Shown here one piece after another: positions 28,374 to 38,047 of a stretch of 64,000 nt of DNA. Numbering within the stretch: position 1 is the stretch's first letter; each line of letters begins with the position of its first letter. The notes under the pieces are model-generated. The model worked only from the letters and a program-made list of their open reading frames with translations. It had not been told where the DNA came from and searched no databases. The position numbers were made by a program, and so were the translations under genes. Source of the stretch: Promethearchaeota archaeon. GTDB lineage: Archaea > Asgardarchaeota > Lokiarchaeia > Sigyniarchaeales > SOKP01. The stretch is from assembly GCA_048938005.1 (NCBI GenBank), contig JBHLMQ010000006.1:1-64000 (forward strand). Direction: 5' to 3'.

Positions 28374-30782
28374 TTGGATTATCAAGATCAGTTTGATGGC
28401 TGGCTTTTAGATATCTCCACTTATAGCAATGGAGTAATTCTTTGGGTGAAAAAAGCAAAAGAGCAAAAGGTTGTAAAAATCTTACATGGCTTCCACCCTG
28501 AGTTTTTTGCTGTCCCAAAACGACATGTTGGCAAAGACTTAAAGAGATTAAAACAAATTCTCAAATCTCATCATAATGTAACGGATGTTAGAATTTGTCA
28601 AAAATATGTGAAGCTGGAGGAACATGAAAAAACAAAAATTTTTGGAGTATCTGTAGTAAAACCTTCTGTATTTAAGAAGACAATTAAAGAAATCGATGAG
28701 ATTGGGCTTTTTACTTTGTATAACACAGATCTTCCAATCTCTCAGATGTATTTCTATGTAAATGATCTGTTCCCAATGTCTCTTTGTAGTTTCAAGGTTA
28801 AACTTGAAAAGAAGAAAAAAGCTGACAGGCCCCTAATGCGTTTAATATCCTTAAATTTAAAAGATGACAACGAAGTATTGTTTTACGATTTACCTCCTCT
28901 GAAGGCTGTATGGTTGGATATTAAAATACAGCAGCGTGGTATGAGGTCATATTACAACGATCCTCTGGCATATGCCGAAATCAGCATTGTTGAAAAAGAT
29001 GAAAAAGCCAACATCCCAAGAGCGGATGGACAGAGAAAAAGAAAGATTCTAATTGATAAGGCAGATGAAGCTGAAACCATCAAGACAATTAGTAAGGTAA
29101 TTGAGAAACTGGATCCTGACATTATATTAACACAGGGAGGAGATGAATTTGTATTCCCTTATTTAGTAGCTCGAGCATCAGTGAATCGAGTCTCTAAGGA
29201 TCTATATTTTTCTCGCACTAAAACGCCACTCAAGAATTGTATTTTTGATCTTTCAGGAAGCTCTGATCATTATATGTCTTATGGAATAATTATGCGACGT
29301 TCTAAAACACAAGTTTATTTTACAGGGCGTTTTCATTTAGACACTACAACTTATGGTAGTTTACATTTTAGTGAGGGTAATATCCCCGGAGTTATTGAAG
29401 TTGCAAGAGTGTCCCGAGTTCCTTTGCAAAGATTATGTCGAGTAACGATTGGGGGCGCACTTCAATCAATACAATACTATAATGCATATAAACTAGATCA
29501 CCTTATCCCACCTTTTAAAAAGAGTCCAGAAGACTTTCGAAGTGGCATTGATTTAATCACAAATGATCGGGGAGGGCACATATTCGAACCATTAATCGGG
29601 GTTTTTGATCAAGTTGTAGAGTTGGATTTTTCTTCAATGTATCCGTCCTTAATGGCTAACTTCAATATTTCTTCTGAAACTATTAACTGCCAATGTTGTA
29701 AAGATGATGGTACAGGAATTAAAGTACCCGGCACAAATTTTCATATATGTACAAAAAGACAAGGAATTATATCGAAATCAATTAGCTTACCACTAAGAAA
29801 GCGTTTGGAGTGCAAAGAATATAACAAGACACATGATGATCTTCGGTATAAATTCACTGATATTGCACTAAAATGGGTTTTAGTGGTAAGTTTTGGATAT
29901 TTGGGGTTTAAAAATGCTCGTTTTGGCAAAATTGAGGCACATCAAACAGTTTGTGCTTTTGCTCGGGAATTTCTATTGAGATCCGTTGAGATTGCTAAAA
30001 AATATGGTTGTAAAGTTGTCCATGGTATTGTTGACTCAATGTGGCTCCAAGATACGAAACGAAGATCTCCAGAAGAATTTGAAAAATTAACAAAGAAAAT
30101 TGCTGATGAAATAACCAAAAGCACTGGTATTCCTATGAGTTGGGACGGTCGATTCAATATAATCGTTTTTTTGCCTTCTCGAGCAGAACCAGATGTTCCT
30201 GCCCTCAGCCATTACTGGGGGATAAAAAGTGATGGAGAGGTTAAGGTGAGAGGAATAGAAGTAAGGCGCAGAGATATGCCCAAAATTGTGAAGGATGCTC
30301 AATATGCATTTATTGATATATTTCAAGGTGCAAAAACTGTCGATGAGTTCACAAGAAGAATACCTAAAGCAAAAAAGAAGCTCTACGAATATGTAGAGAG
30401 AGTTTATTCAGGAAAAGTGTCTCGTGATGAACTTACAATTCGTCAAAAAATCTCCCGAAAACCTTCTCAATATAAAGTGAATTCCTATCAAGCAGTGGCT
30501 GCTAGACAGCTTGAACGTTCAGGAATAGTAGCGTCTGCTGGTAAAAATGTAAGATATATTATTCTTAATGCTGAGGCTGATCCAAACTTTCCTGAAAAAA
30601 AGGTTATCCTTTCAGATCTATATGATGATAAAAAGCATGAATATGATAGAAAAAAATATGTTGAACTGCTAAAAAGAGCCTTTGAGAATATCTTCCCGCT
30701 CAAATTTCCAGAGTTAGAAGAACTACTGACTTTAGATTACAATAAGAAATCTCTTCAAAAAGATCTCTCGTGCTTTATTTAA
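28374..30782 (+). CDS. polB2: Family B DNA polymerase, PolB2 (Dpo2) clade
   Basis: Motif A DFSSMYPS, motif B 'LKWVLVVSFGYLG', motif C 'HGIVDS', 'KVRGIEVRRRD'; degenerate exonuclease motifs; C-terminal QKDLSCFI. Confidence 0.9.
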   Translation: MDYQDQFDGWLLDISTYSNGVILWVKKAKEQKVVKILHGFHPEFFAVPKRHVGKDLKRLKQILKSHHNVTDVRICQKYVKLEEHEKTKIFGVSVVKPSVFKKTIKEIDEIGLFTLYNTDLPISQMYFYVNDLFPMSLCSFKVKLEKKKKADRPLMRLISLNLKDDNEVLFYDLPPLKAVWLDIKIQQRGMRSYYNDPLAYAEISIVEKDEKANIPRADGQRKRKILIDKADEAETIKTISKVIEKLDPDIILTQGGDEFVFPYLVARASVNRVSKDLYFSRTKTPLKNCIFDLSGSSDHYMSYGIIMRRSKTQVYFTGRFHLDTTTYGSLHFSEGNIPGVIEVARVSRVPLQRLCRVTIGGALQSIQYYNAYKLDHLIPPFKKSPEDFRSGIDLITNDRGGHIFEPLIGVFDQVVELDFSSMYPSLMANFNISSETINCQCCKDDGTGIKVPGTNFHICTKRQGIISKSISLPLRKRLECKEYNKTHDDLRYKFTDIALKWVLVVSFGYLGFKNARFGKIEAHQTVCAFAREFLLRSVEIAKKYGCKVVHGIVDSMWLQDTKRRSPEEFEKLTKKIADEITKSTGIPMSWDGRFNIIVFLPSRAEPDVPALSHYWGIKSDGEVKVRGIEVRRRDMPKIVKDAQYAFIDIFQGAKTVDEFTRRIPKAKKKLYEYVERVYSGKVSRDELTIRQKISRKPSQYKVNSYQAVAARQLERSGIVASAGKNVRYIILNAEADPNFPEKKVILSDLYDDKKHEYDRKKYVELLKRAFENIFPLKFPELEELLTLDYNKKSLQKDLSCFI

Positions 30783-30800
30783 TTGATAAAAAAAAGGAAT

Positions 30801-31343
30801 TTAGGGAATTGTAATTATTTCAAAAAAATCAAAGAATATAATTAAAAGACAGATTAATTCTAATAATATCCAGAGATTTCGTTTGAGGCTTCTAAAAGCT
30901 TTGAAAGCCTTACCATCATAATTAATAATGTTGTAAATTAGTATTATTATCCAAGTTATTACCAAGAAGGAAATAGGGAGGATTAATGCTATTAATTCCC
31001 TACTTGGACCCAATAAATATTTATAACCAAGGATTGTAAATCCAGAAATAACAAATGTAAATCCAAGTCCAAATGAATACTCTGCAAAAATTACAAAGTG
31101 ATTAATTCGCTTTTCAGAAACATTGCCCAAATTGGCTTCAAAATGAGCTTTTGAATTACTAGTTACTGAGTTTATGAAAAAGATGAATGCTAACATTAAT
31201 AAAAATGTCACTGAGACTATGCCAGTTGAAGGAGGACTAGACCAAATTAAAGCGAGGATAGTTAAAACGGCACCAATCATAACGGTACTAAGTACAATCC
31301 AATCTCTTACGTTTATTTTTTGTTTAGGTTCTTCATTACTCAT
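30801..31343 (-). CDS. Hypothetical membrane protein (about 5 TM)
   Basis: 180 aa hydrophobic ORF. Confidence 0.7.
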   Translation of the reverse strand: MSNEEPKQKINVRDWIVLSTVMIGAVLTILALIWSSPPSTGIVSVTFLLMLAFIFFINSVTSNSKAHFEANLGNVSEKRINHFVIFAEYSFGLGFTFVISGFTILGYKYLLGPSRELIALILPISFLVITWIIILIYNIINYDGKAFKAFRSLKRNLWILLELICLLIIFFDFFEIITIP

Positions 31344-31443
31344 ATTCTTAATCTCAAAATTTTTAGTTAATTAAAATTACTTGAGACCTAAAATTTAAAG
31401 ATTATGATGTAGGTTGTTAAATAAAAGGATTAGGAATAAAAGA

Positions 31444-32067
31444 TTATTTAAATGGTTGTCTTATAACGGTTTTCATAGTTGCTGGATTAGCTTTCCTCGG
31501 ATCACTTAAATATATTTCATGGTGTTTTTTATTATGACCATCAAATCTACCTCCTTCTTTCTTAATGAAATCATGGACTTTTTGAATTGTATGACCTTCT
31601 TCCGAATATGGGCCTATATGCATGATCTGAGCAGCTTTCCCTTCTTCATATTTTTCTAATCTGAGTTTGGGAAGTAATTCTGAAAGTTCAGGTTTCTTCT
31701 CTTTAGTAATTGAAATTGCTTCATTAATCATATCTTGAGTGATCCAGTCTGGTTGCATAATCATCATGGTCCATTTCCATTTATCACGATTTCCTTCGGT
31801 AAAATCCCCCATATTATCAGCCCACCACAAACCTTCTAATGGAGGAACAACATAATCTTTCCCTTTTGACTTACTCAAGAATTTAGTTTTGAACGCAATT
31901 GGATATAATGCTGCAAGTGCATCTAGATATTCTTTAGAATCTCCAGGAGATCCCATTCCATCAATCATTAAAAATTGCATTTCAGGAACTTCCAACATTA
32001 CTACTTCTTGTGAACTTGGGTTATAAAACTCTTTCATTGATTTTTTAAAATCTACTTTCGTTGGCAT
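31444..32067 (-). CDS. GyrI-like small-molecule-binding domain protein
   Basis: 'FLMIDGMGSP', 'VPPLEGLWW', 'QIMHIGPYSEE', 'HHEIYLSDPRK'. Confidence 0.9.
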   Translation of the reverse strand: MPTKVDFKKSMKEFYNPSSQEVVMLEVPEMQFLMIDGMGSPGDSKEYLDALAALYPIAFKTKFLSKSKGKDYVVPPLEGLWWADNMGDFTEGNRDKWKWTMMIMQPDWITQDMINEAISITKEKKPELSELLPKLRLEKYEEGKAAQIMHIGPYSEEGHTIQKVHDFIKKEGGRFDGHNKKHHEIYLSDPRKANPATMKTVIRQPFK

Positions 32068-32096
32068 TTATATCACCTAAATTTTATAGTTTGAGC

Positions 32097-32228
32097 TTAT
32101 TCCCTGGGTTGAAAAGCATTCGCAGGACAATTTTCAACATCAAGTGTAGCGGGAACTTCATGCCCAAAACAATCTCCTTTAGTGTCATCAATTGGTTTAT
32201 AAAATTTACAATCTTTGCATTGAGCCAT
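32097..32228 (-). CDS. 43-aa four-cysteine microprotein, BssC/HpdC-like putative Fe-S or Zn binder (not in ORF track)
   Basis: MAQCKDCKFYKPIDDTKGDCFGHEVPATLDVENCPANAFQPRE, preceded by ATGTGAT SD-like sequence. Confidence 0.75.
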   Translation of the reverse strand: MAQCKDCKFYKPIDDTKGDCFGHEVPATLDVENCPANAFQPRE

Positions 32229-32273
32229 TATTTAAATCACATCAATTTTTTTTAGATATTAAGATAATAAATG

Positions 32274-32331
32274 ATTTGTGACAATAAAAGATTTATTATA
32301 TTACAAAATATATTTAAATAATGTCACAAAT
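32274..32331. promoter_or_regulatory. 10-bp inverted repeat ATTTGTGACA-N38-TGTCACAAAT, candidate TrmB-family operator
   Basis: Perfect arms at 32274-32283 and 32322-32331 between divergent genes. Confidence 0.55.
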
Positions 32332-32372
32332 TACTCTAATAACAATAAAGTAAAAATAAAAATTTTAATAAA

Positions 32373-33389
32373 ATGAATTCATATTTAGTTTCTGTTCTTA
32401 ATGAGATTGGGTTTTCTAATATTCAAATAGATATTTACCTATATCTTTTAACACATAAATTTGGAACTATTAATGATATTAAAACAGAACTGAATTATTC
32501 TTATACTCAAGTGTATCATAACCTCTTGTATTTAAAAGAAAAAAAGCTTATAGAATCTTCAAAAGATTCAAAACCTAGATTGTTTGTTAGAGTTAATCCT
32601 AAGATTGCTTTAACCGAATTAATAAATAAGAAATTCATCACTTTTAAAAAAAATTTAGAGAAAATTGATGAGGAATTTAAAGCCCAAGAGAGTAAATTTG
32701 GACGATGTCTTAAGGATATTAGCTTTTATCATTATTCTAGTGCCATCCTTGCTTATGAAAATTTTTACAACTTATTCGAAAAAACCCAAAAGGAGATTAT
32801 AATGACCTCTTTACCTCCTTCTATGTTAAAAAGATTAGAACCAAGCCTTTATGAAGCTTATAGGAGGGGGATCAAAATAAAGCTTTATTTTTCATTAATA
32901 GATTTTGAAGTAATATCTAATTATCTTGAAATTATCACAGATATTTTAAAAAGAATAAGAATTGAGATAATTCAAACAGAACAAAAAACGTGTCAAGTTG
33001 TTAGATATAATGACGAAATTGTGAATATGGGAAATATCCTTTTAGATGAGAATTATTTGAACTCAATTGTTTTCAAAGAAGATGAGACATTTCATATTGA
33101 TGGTTTTCGAAGTCCCTTCGCAAAACAAGCTAAAAACTATTTAGAAGTGTTAACAATAGTTAAAAGAATAGAAATTGAATATCCTGAACCAATTAAAAGA
33201 ATATTAGATACAATAAAAAATAATAAAATGATAAAGACTAGAGATCTTAGTAGTAAATCAAAATTAGGTGGTGGGAAGTTGAAAGAACTCCTTGAATTTT
33301 TAATTAGTGAAGGTTTAATTGAAGAAACAGTTTCTAAAGGAGAAAAAGCAGGGCGACCTCAACGTATATATTCTATTATAGAAAATTAA
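32373..33389 (+). CDS. TrmB family transcriptional regulator with an additional C-terminal wHTH
   Basis: N-terminal TrmB HTH ('IGFSNIQIDIYLYLL...QVYHNLLYLKEKKLI...KPRLF'); C-terminal 'LISEGLIEE...GRPQRIYSI'. Confidence 0.85.
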   Translation: MNSYLVSVLNEIGFSNIQIDIYLYLLTHKFGTINDIKTELNYSYTQVYHNLLYLKEKKLIESSKDSKPRLFVRVNPKIALTELINKKFITFKKNLEKIDEEFKAQESKFGRCLKDISFYHYSSAILAYENFYNLFEKTQKEIIMTSLPPSMLKRLEPSLYEAYRRGIKIKLYFSLIDFEVISNYLEIITDILKRIRIEIIQTEQKTCQVVRYNDEIVNMGNILLDENYLNSIVFKEDETFHIDGFRSPFAKQAKNYLEVLTIVKRIEIEYPEPIKRILDTIKNNKMIKTRDLSSKSKLGGGKLKELLEFLISEGLIEETVSKGEKAGRPQRIYSIIEN

Positions 33390-33734
33390 AAGTCATAAAA
33401 TCCTACTATAATCTATAACTTTTTTTTAGGAAATCAACACTTAAATATTTTAGTCGGATATCTCTCCCCTAATAGACAAATTTGTATTATTTTTACAGCT
33501 ATTAGAAAATTGATACAGTGTATTTATTTATTTCTTATAAATCTGAGTATTGAATAATGTCAAAAGCAGTTTCATATTATGATTGGGAATTATCATTCAA
33601 GAATAAATCTAAATCTGAAAAGAATTTAAAAAAGGATAGTTTTAATTCCCTTGGTATGTCTGATAATAATTTTAAAGATTTTATGAAAAAATGGAAAGAA
33701 AAAAACTTTCATTAAAAAAATTGAAAAATTTATT

Positions 33735-35432
33735 TTATACTTCTTCTCCTCGTTTTCTAGCTTCCATATCTTTTAAGTCCTTACGAAGAACTTTACCTAC
33801 TAAAGTTTCTGGGAGCTCTTTTCGAAATTCTATGAATTTTGGCATTTTATAAGGTGCTAGATTTTGTCTTAGGAACTCTTTTATCTCACCTTTAATTTCA
33901 TCTGTCTCACGGTAACCATCTTTTAACACAACATATGCCTTTACTTTTTCACTGCCGCGGAGGTCAGGATCTGGGACACCTATTACAGAAGCATTTTCAA
34001 TAGCTTCATGTTCAAATAAAACATCTTCAAGTTCTCTTGGATAAACCTTGAAGCCGCTAACGATAATCATATCCTTTTTCCTATCCAGTATATATAGATA
34101 GCCATCTTCATCAATTTTCCCAATATCACCAGTTAGAAGCCATCCATCTTTCAATTGATTTGCTGTTTCCTCCGGTTTATTCCAATACCCTTTCATTACT
34201 TGAGGTCCCTTAATCATAATTTCACCTTGCTCACCAATAGGCATAATCTTAGTGTAATCATCGACATCGACAATTCTAGTTTCCGTACTTGGTAAAGCTA
34301 ATCCAACAGAGCCAATTTTCCTTTTTCCACCATATGGATTAACATGAGTTGCGGGTGAAGCTTCAGTCATCCCATATCCTTCAAGAACTGTAGCCCCAGT
34401 TCTTTCTTCGAATTCTTTTAGTACTTCAGGTGGCATAGGAGCTGCACCAGTGTTACAGACTTTAATAGATTTAAGATCTTTTGCATAATCTTCAAGATCA
34501 TCTCGTTCAAGTAAGCGCATATACATAGTTGGTACACCAGGAAAAAATTCAGGATGAGTAGCTTTAATGATTTCAAATAAAGTTTTTTGGTCGCGAGGAT
34601 CAGGAGCTAAAGCAATAGTTACTCCATTGTAAATAAAAAAATTCATACAGACATTCATTCCATAGATATGAAAAAGTGGTAAGGTTGTAAGTACTGTACC
34701 TTTTCCCCTCTCTCCCACAGACTTATTCCATTCGTATATCATAACACAATTAGAGATGAGATTTGAATGTGTAAGCATTGCTCCTTTAGGTAAACCCGTA
34801 GTACCTCCAGTATATTGTAGGACAGCTATTTCTTCATCAGCATTGGTTTCAAATTTAGGTGGTTTTGGTTTTGTTTTATTAACTAATTTTAGAAGTTGAA
34901 TAGTACCACTGATTTCTGGTGGTTCTCTTTGACCAAGTGGATTAGCCATTGGAGCATAGTCAAATACATTGGTTATTATTACATGTCTAAGACGCGTTCT
35001 TTCTTTAATGCTGTTAATTTTTTCAACTTGATTATCCCAAGCTATAATTATTTCAGCCCCAGAATCGTTTAATTGGTAAGCTAATTCGTGTTCAGTATGG
35101 AGTACACTACATGCTGTAACTATTCCTCCTGCTTTTAAAATACCATAGAAACTAAAAAGAAATTGAGGGAAATTTGGCAACATTATAGCAACAACGTCTC
35201 CTTTTTTAACTCCTAAATCTGCTAAAGCTGTGGCAAGTCTATCGGTTATATCCTTGAATTTTTTATATGAAATTTTATGTTCCATGAACCAAATTGCAGT
35301 TTTGCCACCAAATTCTTTTGCTGTATTATCAAGGCACTCATAGACATTAATTTTAGGAAAATCTATTTCAGTTGGAACATCATCGTCATAAAACTTTAAC
35401 CAAGGTTTCGCATCATATGGGTTTTCACTCAT
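33735..35432 (-). CDS. fadD: Long-chain fatty acid-CoA ligase
   Basis: 'YTGGTTGLPKG', 'GYGMTE', 'WLLTGDIG', 'DRKKDMII', 'GKVLRK'. Confidence 0.92.
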   Translation of the reverse strand: MSENPYDAKPWLKFYDDDVPTEIDFPKINVYECLDNTAKEFGGKTAIWFMEHKISYKKFKDITDRLATALADLGVKKGDVVAIMLPNFPQFLFSFYGILKAGGIVTACSVLHTEHELAYQLNDSGAEIIIAWDNQVEKINSIKERTRLRHVIITNVFDYAPMANPLGQREPPEISGTIQLLKLVNKTKPKPPKFETNADEEIAVLQYTGGTTGLPKGAMLTHSNLISNCVMIYEWNKSVGERGKGTVLTTLPLFHIYGMNVCMNFFIYNGVTIALAPDPRDQKTLFEIIKATHPEFFPGVPTMYMRLLERDDLEDYAKDLKSIKVCNTGAAPMPPEVLKEFEERTGATVLEGYGMTEASPATHVNPYGGKRKIGSVGLALPSTETRIVDVDDYTKIMPIGEQGEIMIKGPQVMKGYWNKPEETANQLKDGWLLTGDIGKIDEDGYLYILDRKKDMIIVSGFKVYPRELEDVLFEHEAIENASVIGVPDPDLRGSEKVKAYVVLKDGYRETDEIKGEIKEFLRQNLAPYKMPKFIEFRKELPETLVGKVLRKDLKDMEARKRGEEV

Positions 35433-35571
35433 TTTTAATCAATTACTTTTAAATTATCTCGTTATATTAATTTAAACAATTAAATATTATATTATATTTA
35501 AAAACTATTAAATGTTTTATTGAACAAGAAAATATTATTGTAAAATATTATTGGAATAGGTATAATATTGC

Positions 35572-35601
35572 TATAGATTTATTAAAAAATCTAAATCTAT
35601 A
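35572..35601. promoter_or_regulatory. Inverted repeat TATAGATTTA-N10-TAAATCTATA (terminator or operator)
   Basis: Perfect 10-bp arms between the HEAT gene stop and the fadD start. Confidence 0.45.
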
Positions 35602-35633
35602 AAAATTAGAGTTACAAAAAAAACCTTATAATT

Positions 35634-36227
35634 TTAATATTCAGAAATTTGGTCTAAGGCTTCTAAAGCTACAGTTGCAACTAGATCAGATTTATCATGA
35701 AGTAAAGACTTTAAAGCAGTAATAACTTTAGGGTCTTCTGGGTTTATTTTTGCTAGAGCTTCAACTGCGCGCCACCTAACAACAGGATTCTTATCTTCTA
35801 ATGCCTTTATTAATGAAGAAACAGCTGAAGTAGCGGAGGAACCTAATTTCCCCAAAGAAAGGGCTGCTTCTCTTCGTATAATATATTTTGGATCAACTAG
35901 AGCATATTCTAAAGCTGAAATAGCTTCTTCTGAATTTATTCCTATTTTCCCTAAAGTTCTTACTATTTCAACACGATACTGATTTTTTAAATCCCATATA
36001 AAGTATATCCGGATTAAAAGACCAATAATAGCGATTATTAATCCTAATAGTATTATTGATGGCCCTATGATAAAATAATATACATAATGATATTTGGCTG
36101 GCCATGAATAGAAAGCAGCATGGTAAGGAAACAAGAGATATTCCAAAACTGCCGCAATAACCACAATTAAACTAACAATAGTAGTTTTATTTAAACTTCT
36201 CAATTTTAAACACCAATTTTTATTCAT
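35634..36227 (-). CDS. Membrane-anchored HEAT-repeat protein
   Basis: Two N-terminal TM helices followed by PBS-lyase-type HEAT repeats ('IRREAALSLGKLG', 'VRWRAVEALAKI'). Confidence 0.75.
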   Translation of the reverse strand: MNKNWCLKLRSLNKTTIVSLIVVIAAVLEYLLFPYHAAFYSWPAKYHYVYYFIIGPSIILLGLIIAIIGLLIRIYFIWDLKNQYRVEIVRTLGKIGINSEEAISALEYALVDPKYIIRREAALSLGKLGSSATSAVSSLIKALEDKNPVVRWRAVEALAKINPEDPKVITALKSLLHDKSDLVATVALEALDQISEY

Positions 36228-37281
36228 TCAATTTCTTTTTTAATAAATTAGATTTAGAGTACAAACGCTCTCTTCTATAATCAATATCTTCTTCTTTAGA
36301 TTTCAAGATTCTAATTAAAGTTGGGATAGCATCTTTAGCATCAGCACCAATTGCGCCTATAGCAGATATGATCAGTTTTTGAATATCCATATCAGAGCTT
36401 TCAAGTGCTTCCAATAAAGCTGATACAGATTCTTTACCAATATTACTAAGCGCATTAGCAGCTTTTCCACGAACACCTTCATCTTTATCATTAAGCATTG
36501 TTGCTAATTTTTTGATTATCATCGGATCTGGTATCTTTAATTCTCCAAGAGCTTCCAATACTCCTTTCCTAACTATTGGATTGTAGTGTTCCAAGTATGC
36601 TAAAAGGCTTGGAACAGCACCAATTCCAATTTGAGAAAGAGTAGATATTATTGCTTTTCGAACTCTCCAATCTTTATCACCAAGCGCTTTAAGTAATGAT
36701 GGAATAGCTTTTCGTGTTCCCTTCCCAATATCTGATAATGCGGTCACCGCTGCTGCTCTAACGGACCAATTTTGATCCTTTATACTATTTAATAAGTCTG
36801 AAATGGCTACATGAGCATCAGGACCAATTTTTCCAAGAGATTCTGCAGCTTCTTTTCGAACTGCCTCACTATCATCATTTAATCCTTTAATCAGGCTAAA
36901 AATAGCCTCTTCTGAAGGATATCCGATTTTTCCTAGTGCTATTGCCGTTTCTTTTCTAATTGATTCCTCTTCATTTTCTATTAATTTTGATAATTGCGCT
37001 ACCCCATTCTCCGCAATATTCCCCATCTTTCCAAGTGATCGGACTGCTTCACGGCATATACTCCAATCATTGTCTTCTAAACATTCTACTAACTTGAAGA
37101 GCGCAGAACTTGATTTTTCAGCTAATTCTCCTAAAGCATAAATTGCATTGAATTTGATAGACCTAATTTCACTATCTAAATGACCAATAATTTCTTCTAT
37201 AATTGTTGGATCTTTTTCAACTCTAGCAAGAACTAAATCTATTCTCGCATCTCTTAATAATTTTTCTAAAGGAGCAGACAC
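36220..37281 (-). CDS. HEAT-repeat (PBS lyase-like) protein
   Basis: About 9 repeats of type 'L.D....VR..AA..LG.IG'. Confidence 0.88.
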   Translation of the reverse strand: MSAPLEKLLRDARIDLVLARVEKDPTIIEEIIGHLDSEIRSIKFNAIYALGELAEKSSSALFKLVECLEDNDWSICREAVRSLGKMGNIAENGVAQLSKLIENEEESIRKETAIALGKIGYPSEEAIFSLIKGLNDDSEAVRKEAAESLGKIGPDAHVAISDLLNSIKDQNWSVRAAAVTALSDIGKGTRKAIPSLLKALGDKDWRVRKAIISTLSQIGIGAVPSLLAYLEHYNPIVRKGVLEALGELKIPDPMIIKKLATMLNDKDEGVRGKAANALSNIGKESVSALLEALESSDMDIQKLIISAIGAIGADAKDAIPTLIRILKSKEEDIDYRRERLYSKSNLLKKKLNE

Positions 37282-37293
37282 TTTTAATTCACC

Positions 37294-38043
37294 TTAAATT
37301 CCTAAATAAACTTTTTTTATTCTGGGTTCCTTTTCTAGTTCCTGTTTTGTACCTCTCATCTCTATCTTTCCTTCTTCCAATACATGAATGTACTCTGCCG
37401 CATCAAATGCTAGAACAGCATCTTGTTCAACTAACAGTGTCGTTGTACCAGTTTCTTTGATTTGATCAATTGAATCAAATATTATTTTCTTAAATAATGG
37501 AGCCAAGCCCAATGACGGTTCATCAAGTAATAAAAGCTCTGGATTTGCCATTATTGCTCGACCTAGGGCAAGCATTTGTTGTTCTCCTCCGCTAAGAGTT
37601 TCCGCTCGCTGTTTTTTTCTTTCTTTTAGACGAGGAAACATTTTAAATACAAATTCCAAGAGTTCATTGTATTTTTCTCTATCTTTTAATGAAAAAGCAC
37701 CCATTTGAAGATTTTCGAGAACTGTCATATCATAGAAGAGTTTACGTCGTTCAGGGCACTGAGATATACCCATTCGTGCAATTTTATATGCATCCTCTTC
37801 ATCTATTCGTTTTCCCTTAAATAATATTTTACCTCTATCTATCTCTTCTAATCCAGAAATAGCCCGAAGTAAAGTAGTTTTCCCCGCTCCATTAGGGCCA
37901 ATGACTGCCTCAAGTGCTTGTTTTTCAAGACTTAAATTCACCTCTTCCAGCGCTCGAGCCTTTTCATAGTAATGATAGACCTTTCTCAATTCAATAACTT
38001 TATTTGTATCTTCTATAGGTGTGGATTTCTTTCGATTTCTCAT
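37294..38043 (-). CDS. livF: Liv-type ABC transporter ATP-binding protein
   Basis: GPNGAGKT, LSGGEQQMLA, LLLDEPSLGLAP. Confidence 0.92.
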   Translation of the reverse strand: MRNRKKSTPIEDTNKVIELRKVYHYYEKARALEEVNLSLEKQALEAVIGPNGAGKTTLLRAISGLEEIDRGKILFKGKRIDEEDAYKIARMGISQCPERRKLFYDMTVLENLQMGAFSLKDREKYNELLEFVFKMFPRLKERKKQRAETLSGGEQQMLALGRAIMANPELLLLDEPSLGLAPLFKKIIFDSIDQIKETGTTTLLVEQDAVLAFDAAEYIHVLEEGKIEMRGTKQELEKEPRIKKVYLGI

Positions 38044-38047
38044 AATT

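Noticed and set aside
28374-30782. PolB as a casposon, viral or other mobile-element polymerase
   Set aside because: The motifs and partner gene are those of cellular PolB2; no Cas1, integrase, capsid or terminal repeats seen
32061-32255. Plus-strand 64-aa ORF from the track
   Set aside because: It is the antisense shadow of the better supported 43-aa Cys-rich minus-strand gene
33390-33734. 345-bp gap between convergent genes as an ncRNA or pseudogene
   Set aside because: No GC-rich structure, multiple stops in the frame I read, and no recognisable homology
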